Source: Balanoglossus misakiensis
Lineage: Eukaryota; Animalia; Hemichordata
DNA length: 64,000 nt
Reading direction: 5' to 3'
Assembly: GCA_040954595.2 (NCBI GenBank)
Contig: CM082589.2
Location: 6,011,186 to 6,075,185 of the forward strand
The position numbers were made by a program, and so were the translations under genes. The stretch's first letter is position 1. Each line of letters starts with the position of its first letter. Below are positions 28,401-40,450 of this stretch, in pieces. The notes beneath the pieces were generated by a model that did not search any database, was not told the origin of the DNA, and saw only the letters and a list, made by a program, of their open reading frames with translations.

Positions 28401-29243
28401 AGCTGCGTGACACTAAATTTTATTGCCGAGTAGTGGGGGAGTAAACTTCAGCGGTCAGTTTTGAAATGGACAAATTAAACCGCATGTTCATTTCCTGAGC
28501 GCAAGGAGTTCAAAAGCGGGTTGCAAATGGACGAGTATTTCAGTATTCACAGACCGTCCGGCACCGTCAGACTATTTTAAAGCAGAGAAACCTGTAGAAT
28601 GGTTTTCTGTCTCTGCGCGATGCGCGATCGATCGTGGCCTGGTCGCGGTCGGTGCCAACTCCTACCATCCATGTGATGTGCACCGTTCATATACAAGGTC
28701 GAGAACAGGGCAGATATTAATTTATTTTCCACTGACTACATATTCCACGGCGTTTGTGATTGCCTTCGCAAAGGGGCGTTTCAAAAGCAAAAGGGATAGC
28801 TAAACATCATGTACACAAATGCAGGCATGCACTGATGCAGACGAAACACATGAATGAATGGGGGCGATCACTGTGACTGGGAATCAGCTGGCAGACTGCT
28901 TACGTGGACACACAGCGGACGCGTGAGTTTTTCGCCAAATCAAACGATCGCTGACTGTGATCGCCGCTAGTTTTCACACACATCGGAAGGGTACCGTGTA
29001 GGCTACGCGCCAACGCTGCAATTTTGTCGCTAGATCCCCGGGCGACGGGGAATGCACAGAAAATCTGTTAAAGATACTCACACGAGCTCGGCGCCTCCTG
29101 CTCTTCTTGTCGTCACCATCGAAGTCGAAGGACGGGGGAGGACTCGTCGACTTGAAGCCGAAGACGAAGACGAGACCAACCAAGACGATGACGCTCACGA
29201 CGGGCAGCGAAAACTGCAGCGTGGCGATGTCTTTCGTCTCCAT
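12239..29243 (-). CDS. MTDH: Metadherin/LYRIC (AEG-1)-like single-pass membrane protein with a long K/E/S/P-rich tail; 468 aa, or 540 aa with the C1 cassette
   Basis: Exons 29243-29082, 16296-15981, 14656-14340, 13852-13736 (GC donor), 13466-13160, 12789-12661, 12297-12239 join in frame (1407 nt). N-terminal [20 protein letters not shown] then basic [25 protein letters not shown] resembles LYRIC DEGAWETKISHREKR, and the end [17 protein letters not shown] resembles LYRIC WESPKQIKKKKKARRET*. The exon structure is solid; orthology is less certain because most of the protein is low complexity. Confidence 0.75.
13885..13977. mobile_element. About 90-bp MITE, copy 1 (TTAA-CCCTTTCACC ... GGTGAAAGGG)
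   Basis: Terminal inverted repeats; internal sequence shared with copies at 15833-15925 and 20522-20615. Confidence 0.75.
14800..15180. mobile_element. MITE-like element with about 45-bp inverted ends and a 136-bp tandem duplication of its left part
   Basis: TTTCATGACCCCTATGTGACCTTTACATCCTG starts near 14800 and again near 14936; the reverse-complement copy CAGGATGTAAGGTCACTCAGGGGTCATGAAAA lies at about 15148-15179. Confidence 0.7.
15833..15925. mobile_element. About 90-bp MITE, copy 2 (opposite orientation to copy 1)
   Basis: TTAACCCTTTCACC...GGTGAAAGGGTTA; internal GGGTTTGGACTGAACCA is the reverse complement of copy 1. Confidence 0.75.
16399..16510. repeat. (GAT)n microsatellite decaying into GAC/GAT variants
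   Basis: About 18 perfect GAT units followed by degenerate units; intronic. Confidence 0.95.
20522..20615. mobile_element. About 90-bp MITE, copy 3, TTAA at both ends
   Basis: TTAACCCTTTCACC...GGTAAAAGGGTTAA with the same internal core. Confidence 0.75.
25107..25992 (-). CDS. Two exons encoding a novel-PKC (delta/theta-type) C1B zinc finger; probable in-frame cassette of the metadherin-like gene
   Basis: Exon 25992-25875 (ttag|AGA...GAA G|gtacgt, 118 nt) plus exon 25204-25107 (ccag|TT TGC...GAT|gtaagc, 98 nt) give [72 protein letters not shown], with the full H-x12-C-x2-C-x13-C-x2-C-x4-H-x2-C-x7-C pattern. Confidence 0.88.
25259..25585. mobile_element. About 320-bp MITE-like element in the intron between the two C1 exons
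   Basis: CCATTAGCTGTAACTTTT at about 25267 and its exact reverse complement AAAAGTTACAGCTAATGG at about 25565-25582. Confidence 0.65.
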
Positions 29244-29569
29244 ATGGGAAGGATAAAATCTGTCGATTCTGTTTCGAATGCGGAAATCGGGCCGAGAGGA
29301 GTGGACACAGCCAAGCGTCAAGTTGCTACACACGGTAGTTGCAATATGGAAGCAACACGGGTGACGTCACTACCTAATTAGTTATTAACTGTGTACGTCA
29401 CAGAGATGCTCACACAAAACTCCAAACGTCGTAAATAGCACGAAGTCTGTATAGCGACTTCCGTGACCAATTTTATGTGCAATAGTAAGATTTCAGTCTA
29501 CGGAATTTAATGACCATAACAAACGCGCCTACTCGGTCTAAAAATAACACAAAGACGTCACATTCGGCT

Positions 29570-29584
29570 CCGCTAGAGGGCAGT
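29570..29584 (+). promoter_or_regulatory. CTCF-like site upstream of the metadherin-like promoter
   Basis: CCGCTAGAGGGCAG fits the CTCF core consensus; a CRE palindrome GTGACGTCAC lies at 29360-29369. Confidence 0.45.
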
Positions 29585-30081
29585 CTAAATACACGAGTAT
29601 GCATGCAGTAAATACTGCCTCTGCAAAATTACACTGCAAAGCCCGAAAATACAAAACGGTACGACCGTGTTTGTTTGTATAACCAAAAGAATTTGAGGGT
29701 ATTCAACGACGTAGGCCTAGTCGAAATCTTGTCGACAGACTTGTCATGGCTTGGTCAAATATTACCAGTTAAATATATAAGTTTTATTTTGCCATCAACA
29801 ACAAACACATATCTACATTCAATACCATTCCTCGTGGTCGAAATTTGCCACAGATGATTTATAGGATATATGCCTATATTACCAGAACCTGAAATCTGCA
29901 CGGAGACCAGGCTTTTATGAAAACAAGTCGGTGAACACCAAGTTTTCTTATTTGTTTTTAAAAAAGACTTTTCACACACTATAATATAGCAAAGAGCTCA
30001 AAGGCTTTTGGACTATCACTTTTGAATATACTAGTATGTCCAATACACAAGGCAATTATTAGTTTCCACAGAGCTACAGAC

Positions 30082-32185
30082 TTAGTGTCGTTCTTCACTT
30101 GTATTCTGTGCACTTTGAGATATGTCCCACTCAAGACTTCTAGCAAAACCATATATATCGTTAATTGGACGGCAGTTTATCTTCCAAGAATGGGGAATCA
30201 CAGAATTGAGATCATGAATAAAATCACGAAGTTGCAATCCATTGTAATTTGAGATTGCAGAAAGTTTTGGCGTTTCAACGTCCTCGATTTGTCTTCCAGA
30301 CTGTTTGGCACTGTGCTGAAGGAAGTCTGCCCGCAGATACCTGAAGAAGTCCGGAAGAATATTAATATATTCACATCGGGTGGCAGGTAATGAATAATAG
30401 GCATCGTTTCCAAAAATGGGAACGCCTGTATCGTGCATCACACCAATGAAAAAATCTCTAAAACTTTCGGGCGCATAGTCAATGTCTGTCTCTACAAACC
30501 TCCCCGAGTTTAATAATTCTGTAATGATAACTGCTTTGGGATTGATCTCGTTCAGATAAGGTTTGAAGAAATCGAGAATGGCTGGTATCCCGTAATAGTC
30601 GGCCAGATTGGAGGTGGATATACGATCAAACTTTGTCCGCAGTGGGTCGATCATGGTGTCCAGTTTGAAACAATCGCCGAGTAACAGATGACATGACATA
30701 GCACCACTTCTCAGCTTCAGGGAGAACTTCTCAATGGTGTTGGTAAGGTAATCGCAGTACATGCTTTGCAGTGAGGGGACATCGGAGAAGGCCTTAACGT
30801 CGAGGTAATCCCATCCCAAAAAGGGGAAATGGTCAGCGACGGTGTAAATCATGGATGCCCTCTCCATACAGTATGGAAGAACCCACAATCCTTGGTGATG
30901 TGCTGGTAATACAAAGCCTGGGTCGAGCATTGAGTTCCTACGGAGCAAGGTTACATTTTGAAACACTGCTCTTGACTTTTGAGGACTTGAACTTGGCAGC
31001 ATTACACCTTCTTCTGCAAATTCTTTAAGTGACTCGCGATGTTGTTCAGGGATGCGCCTATAGTATTTTTCACACACTGATTTTTGATGAGATTCAGCTG
31101 CCATCCACGCCTGTCGCTGTCGAATGATGTCGGCATCGGACCCCCTTTTAAGAGATAGATCCAACCACTCTTTCCATACTGATTTCAAAGACGTCAAAAT
31201 GTCTTCAGAAATGACTAATTGGTGCCCTGTCTTTGTCAGAAGACTCTCGCTGTCGTGGCCGATGAGCTCACTAAGGTATCTTTCAAGTTCCTCAACCTGT
31301 TCAATCGTTATGGACACAGAATACCACAGTTGGACTATCGTTTGTGCTGCAGTCGACGTGTCATCAGATCTCTGTAACCAGTACAGGAAAAGGGCATTTT
31401 TCGCCATGATGTAATGATTACTATCGTTGAGGTAGAAGTCAACGTGTCCCTTGAATTCATCGTCAAGCGATGCGCCTGTTTTGATGACGTATCTGAGATC
31501 CCCAACACCGGCTAGCAACAGGGACAACTTTTCGGGCCTGAGTCCAGAACGCCATTCGTTTTGTCTCAGCTTCAGCAGGTCGATAGCTGGAGTGTTGCCC
31601 CAGAAATGGGTGGTACAAGTACGATCCATGTCCCCTTTATATCTTCTGTAAAACATCGTCTCGGGTCGGAGAGTTGACGCGATTTTTACAATCTTACTCC
31701 GAACTTTCAAACAGTCGGGTTTGTGGCGTTTCCAGTGTTTGCTCTGACATGCCCGCCCACAGTACCACACTTCCAGGCAAGCAGAACACTGCTTAGCAGT
31801 CGACGTAGTCTTGCAGCAGCAACTGCACTTTCTACTTTTCACGGCATTATTGCACTCTACCTGCAGACATGTAAAGAGGACAAGATCGCGCTATAAGAGG
31901 GGTTCAACAACACGTATGAGTAGGGCAAATCAAGGCTAGTCGCAACCACAACATTTTGTTCACAAAGAACGCCAATCATTTACACGCAGATCTGTCGTTC
32001 GCTAATTCCCTGCTTGCACTGTGTCTAACAATTGAAAACACACTTCGTATCGATAACCTCACCTGATGTCTGAACTTGTCATCCTTTAAACACTTCCGAC
32101 TGCAGTAGAGTCCAAAATTACAACGAGCACACCTGATTCGTCCATATTTACCGCAACGCCAACAAGCACCAATTGCAGAGTCCAT
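30082..32185 (-). CDS. Double MYND-type zinc finger + DUF4470-like (DNAAF3-related, methyltransferase-like fold) protein, copy A, 633 aa
   Basis: Exon 32185-32063 (MDSAIGACWRCGKYGRIRCARCNFGLYCSRKCLKDDKFRHQ) joins exon 31860-30082 at phase 0. Second finger CSACLEVWYCGRACQSKHWKRHKPDC; family motifs FWGNTPAIDLL, LLLAGVGDLRYVIKT, FDRISTSNLADY. Confidence 0.85.
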
Positions 32186-34401
32186 ATCTTGTGTTTGCTA
32201 CGGGGAGAGAAAAGAATTAAATGTACAAACCAGTGCATGGTAGTAGTTTGCGTCCAGCATGGTTTTACCTAGTAAGTGTACAGAGAATGGTTATCTAAAC
32301 AGAGTCTTGTGACGACATTGCAACTGTGCCCTTGCTAACAGCAAAGCACTCAACTTGAAATTCAAAGACGGAGAAATTTAGAGTAAATACTGAAGTAACA
32401 AGTTATGCGGTTAGAATCACAGATGTACTAAGGGTTTACACTGCTGCCAACAGGATTTCACGGGACTGGTGGAGTAACTGTACGTATCACCGCTTACTTG
32501 ATGCTCAATGATCGGACTATATGATTTCCGTGAACGGGCAGTACAGGTGTGGTTGTAACCTTGCTCACCCACACAATGTGTATGACTGAATTATCTTTAG
32601 TCTTACTGTATTTAAGTGTTCTGATACACAATGCAATTGATTGGTACCTGACGCCACCATGTTCCTGGTTCAACTTTGTGTTCGCGGAATCAGTAGAGAT
32701 AATCGCAAATGCACAGTTGCTGGAATATGCGACTGTTTTCTTTCTCTTTCTCTTCACATCGACCGGGTTATAGCAGAAACACCTGCGTGTCATCACAGAT
32801 ACTTTTCGACTGATTTGGTCTTTTAGCCATTCTTCACTGTTTCGTCGTATCTTGTTTTTCTTGTCTTTTTAGACTATGTTTAATGAATTTGTGAACCAAT
32901 ACAGCTGACATGAGACGAGCAATACTAAGAATCAACATGCAATTTGTTTAAATCGTGCACGATGGCAAACAATACTGAGAATTCGTACAGGGTGGACTTT
33001 GATTGGTTTCCGTATAATATCAGCTGATCCCACCTAACATGTACATGACGTCAGACAATGGATTCTTTTCGGACTCGTGAGGGTGTGAAAGTCCACTGAG
33101 AGGTCGAAAATTTCTTGTCGTTATCCCGTACCGTATACAGGGTATGCTTTGAGTTATATAGCAACCGGCCTTTGGCAAATAATACCAATAAGAATAACAC
33201 GATGAACAATCCATCAAAAGAAACAGAAATAACCAAAGTGTCCAAAGTGGGCATTTTCCCTTTAAAGCTCACATGCATCTAAACGAACATTTCCCGGTAA
33301 CCCCTTGTTCGTTCTTGTGTACTGGATCAAAGATAAATTTTGACCTCCACATTCGCCAGGCACCGACAATTGGACATTCGCACCCTCCTCAAAATCCATT
33401 GTCTGACGTCATATACATATCAGGCGGGTCAGCTGATATTATACGGAAACCAATCAAAACCCGACTTGCACGAATTTTTTCGTCACCTTGCACGAATTAA
33501 ACAAATTGCGTTTGTTCTGAATATATAAGCCGTCTCATGCCAGCTGTACTGATTGACAAATTCGTCAAACACGTAACACAAACAAAACAAAAATGCAAAT
33601 TCTCGCGAACCAGAACGCAGTAGCTGTTGTCGTAAAGAGCCCAGTGGTTAACGGCGATGATACCAAGCAACGAAACAACAAAGCGTGACAAAGGCCAAAT
33701 TGTTCATTACCTGGTCGATGTAAAGAGAAAGAGAAAGAAAACAGTCGCATATTCCAGAAACTGTGCATTTGCGATTATCTCCACTGATTCCGCGAACACA
33801 AAGTTGAACCAGGAACATGGTGGCGTCAGGTACCAATCAATTGCATTGTGTATCAGAACACTTAAATACAGTAAGACTAAAGATAATTCAGTCATACACA
33901 TTGTGTGGGTGAGCAAGGTTACAACCACACCTGTACTGCCCGTTCACGGAAATCGTTCAGTCCGATCATTGAGCATCAAGTAAGCGGTATACGTACAGTT
34001 ACTCCACCAGTCCCGTGAACATCTGTTGACAACAGTGAAAACCCTCGGTACGTACAGCAAGTATATCTGACTCTAACCACAGTCGCGTGGGGGTGCATGG
34101 GTGGGCTATACACTGCGATATCACGCCTGGCTTATTTCGGAGTCATAGGCGCGATCGCAGTGTGACAACACCTACGTGACTGTGACTTTATACTACGTCA
34201 TATCTTTTAAGCACAGTATTTACTCTAAATTTCTCCGTCATTGACAAACGGCAGAATTCGAGTGCCGTTTGCAATTATATCATCAACAGACTCTGTTTAA
34301 ATATCATTCTTTGTAGGAAAGCCATTCTGGACGCAAAACTGTCACATGGTTTGTACATTTAATTTAATTTATTTTCTCTCCCCGTAGCAAACACAAGATA
34401 T

Positions 34402-36679
34402 ATGGATTCTGCAATTGGTGCTTGTTGGCGTTGCGGTAAATATGGACGAATCAGATGTGCTCGTTGTAATTTTGGACTCTACTGCAGCCGGAAGTGTTTA
34501 AACGATGACAAATTTAGACACCAGGTGAGATTAACCCTTTATTTGATCAACGGGAAAGAAAGTAATCTCGCTAAATAAAATGCTAGGCCGCTCGAAATTT
34601 TATCATGGAATTGAAATATGTTTATCCTGCCTCTTCAAACGAAAAATAAGAAGATAGTTCATCTGTTCTCGTGGTTTTCGCGGAGTCGTAAAACTTCTCG
34701 CCTACGGCTCGAAGTTGCGCGGCTCCGCGAAAACCACTCGTATACGATGACGTCAAACAAAGAAAAATATCATGGGATTATATATAAATATAATATCTCC
34801 TCAAGAAATATACGGTACCCAAATCTCCTTTGTAGCCACCAGCTCATGCAATAAGCTTACATCCTTTCCGTTTCTGCAGGTAGAATGCAGTAACGCAAAG
34901 AACAAGCGACCGTGCGATGCCTGTGGCGTGCTTTCGTCCACTGCTAAGCTGAAGCAGTGTTCTGCCTGTCTGGAAGTGTGGTACTGTGGGCGGGCATGCC
35001 AGAGAAAACACTGGAAACACCACAAACCCGACTGTTTGAAAGTTCGGAGTAAGATTGTTAAAATCGCGTCAACCCTCCAACCCGGACAGACGCATGCCAG
35101 AAGAGATAAAGATGAATTGTGTTTATATAAAGGTCAAGCCACCTTCTTCTGGGGCAACACAATGGCTGTGGACCTACTGAAGATGAAACAAAACGAGTTG
35201 AGTGTTGGAATCAGTTCCGAAAAATTGTCCCTATTGCTAGCCGGTGTTGGGGATCTCAGATACGTCATCAGAACGGGTGCATCGCTTGAAGACGACTTCA
35301 CGGGGCGCGTTGACTTTTATCTTAACGATAGAAACGACTACATCATGGCGAAACATGCCCTTTTCCTGTACTGGTTACTGAGATCTGATGACACGTCGAG
35401 TGCAGCACAAACGATAGTCCAACTGTGGTATTCTGTGTCCGTAACGATTGAACAGGTTGAGGAACTTGAAAGATACCTTAGCGAGCTCATCGGCCTCGAC
35501 AGCGAGAGTCTTCTGACAAAGACAGGGCACCAATTAGTCATTCCTGAAGACAATTTGACGTCTTTGAAATCAGTTTGGGAAGAGTGGTTGGAGCTATCTC
35601 TCAGAAGGGAACCGAAAACCAACATCATGCGGCAGAGGCAGGCATCTATGGCACTCGATACTGTTCAAGCCTTGTACGTTGAACAGTGCTACTCCCGTCT
35701 ACCTGAACACCACCGTGAATCGTTTCTGCAATTTGTAGAGGAGGGCGTGATGCTGCCAAGTTCAAGTTCTCAAAAGTCAAGAGCGGTCTTCCAAAATGCA
35801 ACGTTGTTCCGCAGGAACCCTTTGCTCGACGACGGCGGTTTCCCGCTTCCGTCACACCAGAGAAGTTTCTATAAGTGTCTCCCCAGTTGGATGCAGGCAG
35901 AGAGTATGGTTTACGTCGCTATGGATCATTTGCCCTTTAGGGGATGGGATTACCTCGACGTTAAGGCCTTCTCCGATGTCCCTTCACTGCAAAGCATGTA
36001 CTGCGATTACCTTACCAACACCATTGAGAAGTTCTCCCTGAAGCTGAGAAGTGGTGCTATGTCATGTCATCTGTTACTCGGCGATTGTTTCAAACTCGAC
36101 ACCATGATCGACCCACAGCGGACAAAGTTTGATCGCATATCCACCTCCAATCTGGCCGACTATTATGGGATACCAGCCATTCTCGATTTCTTCAAACCTT
36201 ACCTGAACGAGACCAATCCCAAAGCAGCTATAATCACTGAATTACTTAATTGGGTGTACCCTGCCGAAGTGAATAACGATTTCGCGGGCATTAACATAAC
36301 GGACGTGGTAACTGATGATATGGGCGTTTCTGTTGACGATGAAACAGCTCACAAGTCACCCGTCATCCTGGAGGAACACATCAACGTCCTTCCAAATTTC
36401 CTCAGGTTTCTGCGGGCCGATTTCCATCAGTACCTCGCCAAGCGTGCCGGCAAAGAAGTCAAAGACGTCGAAATACCATCCTTCTCTACAATTTCACGGT
36501 ACAATGGGTTGAAACTTCGCGATTTTATCCACGACCTCAACTCCATCATTCCCCATTGCTGGAAGATAAGTTGTCGAGTTGATACCGTATTTCCTTTAGC
36601 CAGAAATCTGGAATGGGGCCTAGATCAAGATGCGACGAATCCACCCCAAATGGGCATGAAACCATTCACGTCCCAATGA
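34402..36679 (+). CDS. Double MYND-type zinc finger + DUF4470-like protein, copy B, 640 aa
   Basis: Exon 34402-34524 joins exon 34880-36679 at phase 0 (ctgcag|GTA GAA TGC); same motifs and intron position as copy A. Confidence 0.85.
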
Positions 36680-37639
36680 ACGGATTGTTCAGTGAACACT
36701 CAGATCCTTCAAAAAGGTTTTTTCGTCCATTCGGTTGCTTGTTCTAAAACAATGTCCCGGTAGTTTTGTGCATTAACTGAATGTTTCGCTGCCTGAAATG
36801 CTCAGAACATACATGTGTAATACCCTGCAACAGGGCCTAGGCTAGCTCCCTTTTCCTATTTGACGTGTGTGGTAGGCAGTTGACCATATAATACATGTAG
36901 TTATCCGGACATGAAGTACTATAGTATATTGTAGTTTGTATAGTTAAACACTGTACCTCAGTACACAGAATAGATCGGATCGATTCCAGCGGGGGGAAAA
37001 AACGATAGCATGAAGCCTTTAATTACTGAGGAACTTTGGATGAAAACTTTAACGTTATAAGCTTATGTAGTACACATGTTTTAAATCTTCTTTCTAATTA
37101 TCGATTTGATATGTATTGGAAAACCCGGAAAGTTGATAACTATGACTGTGGGGCAACTTGATTAGAATGTACTATTGAATAAGCCTCTGTATGAGTTTGT
37201 CGCTCAATGTGATTTGCCATCATTGTAACACACATAATCATTATAAAGTTTGGAACGGCAACGCGATTAACACTTTTGCAGATATGAATGTTATCACTTG
37301 GTTATGGACAACAAACAATTCTGATTAAAATACATTATTAAATTGTGATCTGTCGAGCCCTCGTCTTTTTTTTAAGGTGGGGTCCCTTTAATAGAGAGAC
37401 TTAGAATGATAATCTCGTGAAAGTGAACATTTCTGCGGCAATCAAACTCATAGAAGACGTCGACAACTCCGAAACTTCGAACCGCGTACGCACAATACTT
37501 GCCAAGTTGCAGTGGACTGGTGATGTTCATGAAATGGGTTTGTTTCCTTTCATACGTTGATTTTTATTGGAAGATGGTCGTCATTTTGAGAACGTACATC
37601 TGATGTCAAGTTTCGTTTGCACAAGACATGTACATGTCA

Positions 37640-37780
37640 CGTGCTGGTGCGGAAGCGGAAGCGATCGTAAGTACGCCCTCAACGACCCACAGCGTTTAAA
37701 TGCATTGCGTCATTGTTTTCCCACAATGCTTTTAAATTCCTAGGGAAAATGGCGTCCACGCGGTACGCGGAAGTTGGAAT
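37640..37780 (+). promoter_or_regulatory. Probable OSER1 promoter
   Basis: CpG-rich patch with E-box CACGTG, tandem ETS-like GCGGAAGCGGAAG and YY1-like AAAATGGCG just upstream of the ATG|gtaggt donor. Confidence 0.5.
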
Positions 37781-37807
37781 TTTTGAATAATCGTACCCAG
37801 TTTAGAC

Positions 37808-40367
37808 ATGGTAGGTCAACGTTATAACTTCTGATGCGTTCATTGATTTCATTGACATGTGTGAATTCCCTGTGGAAAATTTCAACCAATAATTTCTGTA
37901 ATATTTGAAGATGGAGGCTTTGTTATTTTTTGTTTACGCGTCCGTCGTTGGGACGGATACATGCATCGAGTCACGGCGGGCTATTTATGTCAGTGACTCA
38001 GAATTACGCGTCAGTCATTCCCAAAGTGAGTATTCTTCAGTGGAAAACGGACATATGCGATATTATCGAGCTGGATTCGTCTTTGCCTGTGAATCGAGTT
38101 CAGTGGCTACGCTTGTTTGGTACATAATGGTACTTTCCAGGCTGTGTTGTTGTCCTCACCTTTACATAAGTCATACCCATGAGTCATAGAGGTCAAGTCA
38201 GAATCTGGTGATAAACATACTCTTTTACGTGTGAAACGTTAATCTAGGACCCACACCGTGAACGTGATTTGGTGTACATGTATGTGCCACTTCAATTTGG
38301 ACAATGTAAACACTGCGTTTCTTGATCACAAAGCAGATTGTGCTATTGTTGTATACATTTGCCTAAGTTTCAACTGTGTCAGCTCAGGGCTAAGCCAAGG
38401 GCAGCATGAGTTAGCAACTTTAACACCTCAATGCCACATCCCATTTGAACACAAATACATAAACAGTAGCACATGCTTAGCAGAGCACTGTTTGGTTACC
38501 AGCTGCGCCTCCAAGCGCATAGCTCGGTCACAAGTTAGTAGCTCTGCGTGGCAGGGCTGTGTGTCTTACGGTGATACATGTACCTCTGCATCACAGGAAT
38601 CACCGTCAAACACACAGCCCCTCAACATAGAGCCTGTAACAACACAGCCCTGCCATGCAGAGCTACCACCTGGCTGTTTATATATAATACTAATAGGCTA
38701 AGTGGAAATTAATGATGCATATTACTTGGCCAACCTTCTGGTATATGAGAAAAGATGTGAACCGTATTGTAGCAGTAAAAATAACCGACTCTCATGCTAA
38801 AGTTTCAGGTGACCACTGTGAGTGTGACACTAGTATAATTAAACCCCACATTTTTTGTTCATCTTTTTTTTCAAGAAAGATGAAAACATGGCAACGGTAC
38901 AAGACGGTACTAGTAAAGACTCAGAATTACACTCACTTTTCAAGCGACTTAAAGTCGATGTAGATTGGTACGTATACTAGTCTTTAAACATATTTCTATA
39001 ATTCAATTGTCAACTACATGTATGTGAACAAAGATCATTCTACAGATTGTCCAAGTCTTATCTTCTTTTTATACTCCACTGATGGCTTCATCACACTTCT
39101 ACATGTTACAATCATCGCAAATGCTTTGCTCTGATACACTTTAATGATTGCTCCTATGATCACCAGGAATGGTAGATGTAACAGTAGGCGAAATAGAAAG
39201 AATTTCAACTGTCAAGAACATTGGCATCGGTATGTACCACTCCGCTCTCTTTGTCAAGTGTTCATGGTTCATTGATAAATACCTGTATGTTTTCCACTAT
39301 CTGTTGACTCTCTGAAAAGGGCTTACAAAAACCACCCCTGGAAAACGACACTTTTGACTATAAATATTCCTGGAAGAACACTGGAAAAAAATACATCCAA
39401 ACGCTGAAATTTGGATGTTTTACAATTTGTGCTTGGATAATTCCAGGAACGACAGTTCACTCTTGAATTTCTTCATGTCTTGTTTTTGTTTTCTCTTTGC
39501 AGGAGTAGTTTTCTGAAGTCTGGGAAATTCTCAAGGACACTGCCGCGGAAGGTTCCCAGTGAGAGACCGTTGATATCAAAGAAAGGAGGCAACTGGAAAC
39601 TGCTAGCGTGGCAGCGGTTCCACAAATCTGTGCCCAATCCGTACCACGGCTGTGATCTGGTCGACATCACAAAGTTGGGCATCTCATCCGACAACTGCAG
39701 CAAGGAAAATGGCTCCACGTCGCCGCCCAAGGCAAATGTCACCGCCAAGTTTTCCAAATCCAGTGCGAACAAAGATTTCCGCGGCGGCAGGACTCAGCCG
39801 AGGTGCTCGGTGATCTGGGAGCCGAGGCTGCGTCCCGGCGAGACGCTGCGACGCCACCACCACCACCACCACCGCAGGAGCCACGACGAACGATTCCGCC
39901 AGCTGCCGACGATCGAGGAGGACCGCAGCAAAGAGGAGGCGGCCCTGTGTGACCACCACAATCAAGAGAAAAAAAAACCCAGCGAGGAGAACTTTGGCGA
40001 CCTGCAGATCAAGGGCTTCGACTCGTTCTCCAATCTTGCCAAGTGCAAAGAGAAATGCGACAATCTGAGGACAAAGAAACGGTGCTCGGAAGGGAGCGAC
40101 TTGGCCTCCAAGGAGAGAACTTGCACCAAAATGCCTAAGTATAATTTCACGGGACACCGGGGAATGGAGGCGCCTGACAACAGCTCAGTCCAGCCGGCCG
40201 GTAGCAAGAGCGCAGGGAGACACCTGGAGGCGTGGAGCAGTGGCAGTTGTTCCCAGGAGGCGAGATATGTGGACGACACTAGCATGGAGGACCTGGCAGG
40301 GTACTTTGAAAATCTTGTGTACATCCCCAAGAAAATGTCGCCTATGGCCGAGATGATGTATACATAG
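37808..40367 (+). CDS. OSER1: Oxidative stress-responsive serine-rich protein 1 (C20orf111 family), about 315-319 aa
   Basis: Exons 37808-37810 (ATG only; alternative start 38888), 38876-38967 (ELHSLFKRLKVD, like OSER1 SLQTAFKKLRVD) and 39503-40367. The end SCSQEARYVDDTSMEDLAGYFENLVYIPKKMSPMAEMMYT* is the OSER1 signature. Confidence 0.9.
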
Positions 40368-40410
40368 GAGAGGCAATTGTGTCTTGCAATCAGGGGGCCA
40401 CTTACAGTAA

Positions 40411-40450
40411 CACACATATACACACACGCACACACACACACACACACACA
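40411..40450. repeat. (CA)n microsatellite in the OSER1 3' UTR
   Basis: Directly visible. Confidence 0.9.

Larger units (their letters stand above)
30082..36679. repeat. Inverted (head-to-head) segmental duplication, arms about 3 kb, unique spacer about 33110-33370
   Basis: Coding and upstream non-coding sequence mirror each other, e.g. 32494-32760 vs 33715-33985 and 33001-33065 vs 33392-33455. Confidence 0.93.

Noticed and set aside
32494-33983. Pairs of near-identical 73-108 aa ORFs on opposite strands
   Set aside because: Identity comes from the inverted duplication; several overlapping frames are equally conserved, so there is no coding signal.
39684-40447. 157-161 aa minus-strand ORFs
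   Set aside because: Antisense shadows of the OSER1 exon and the CA repeat.
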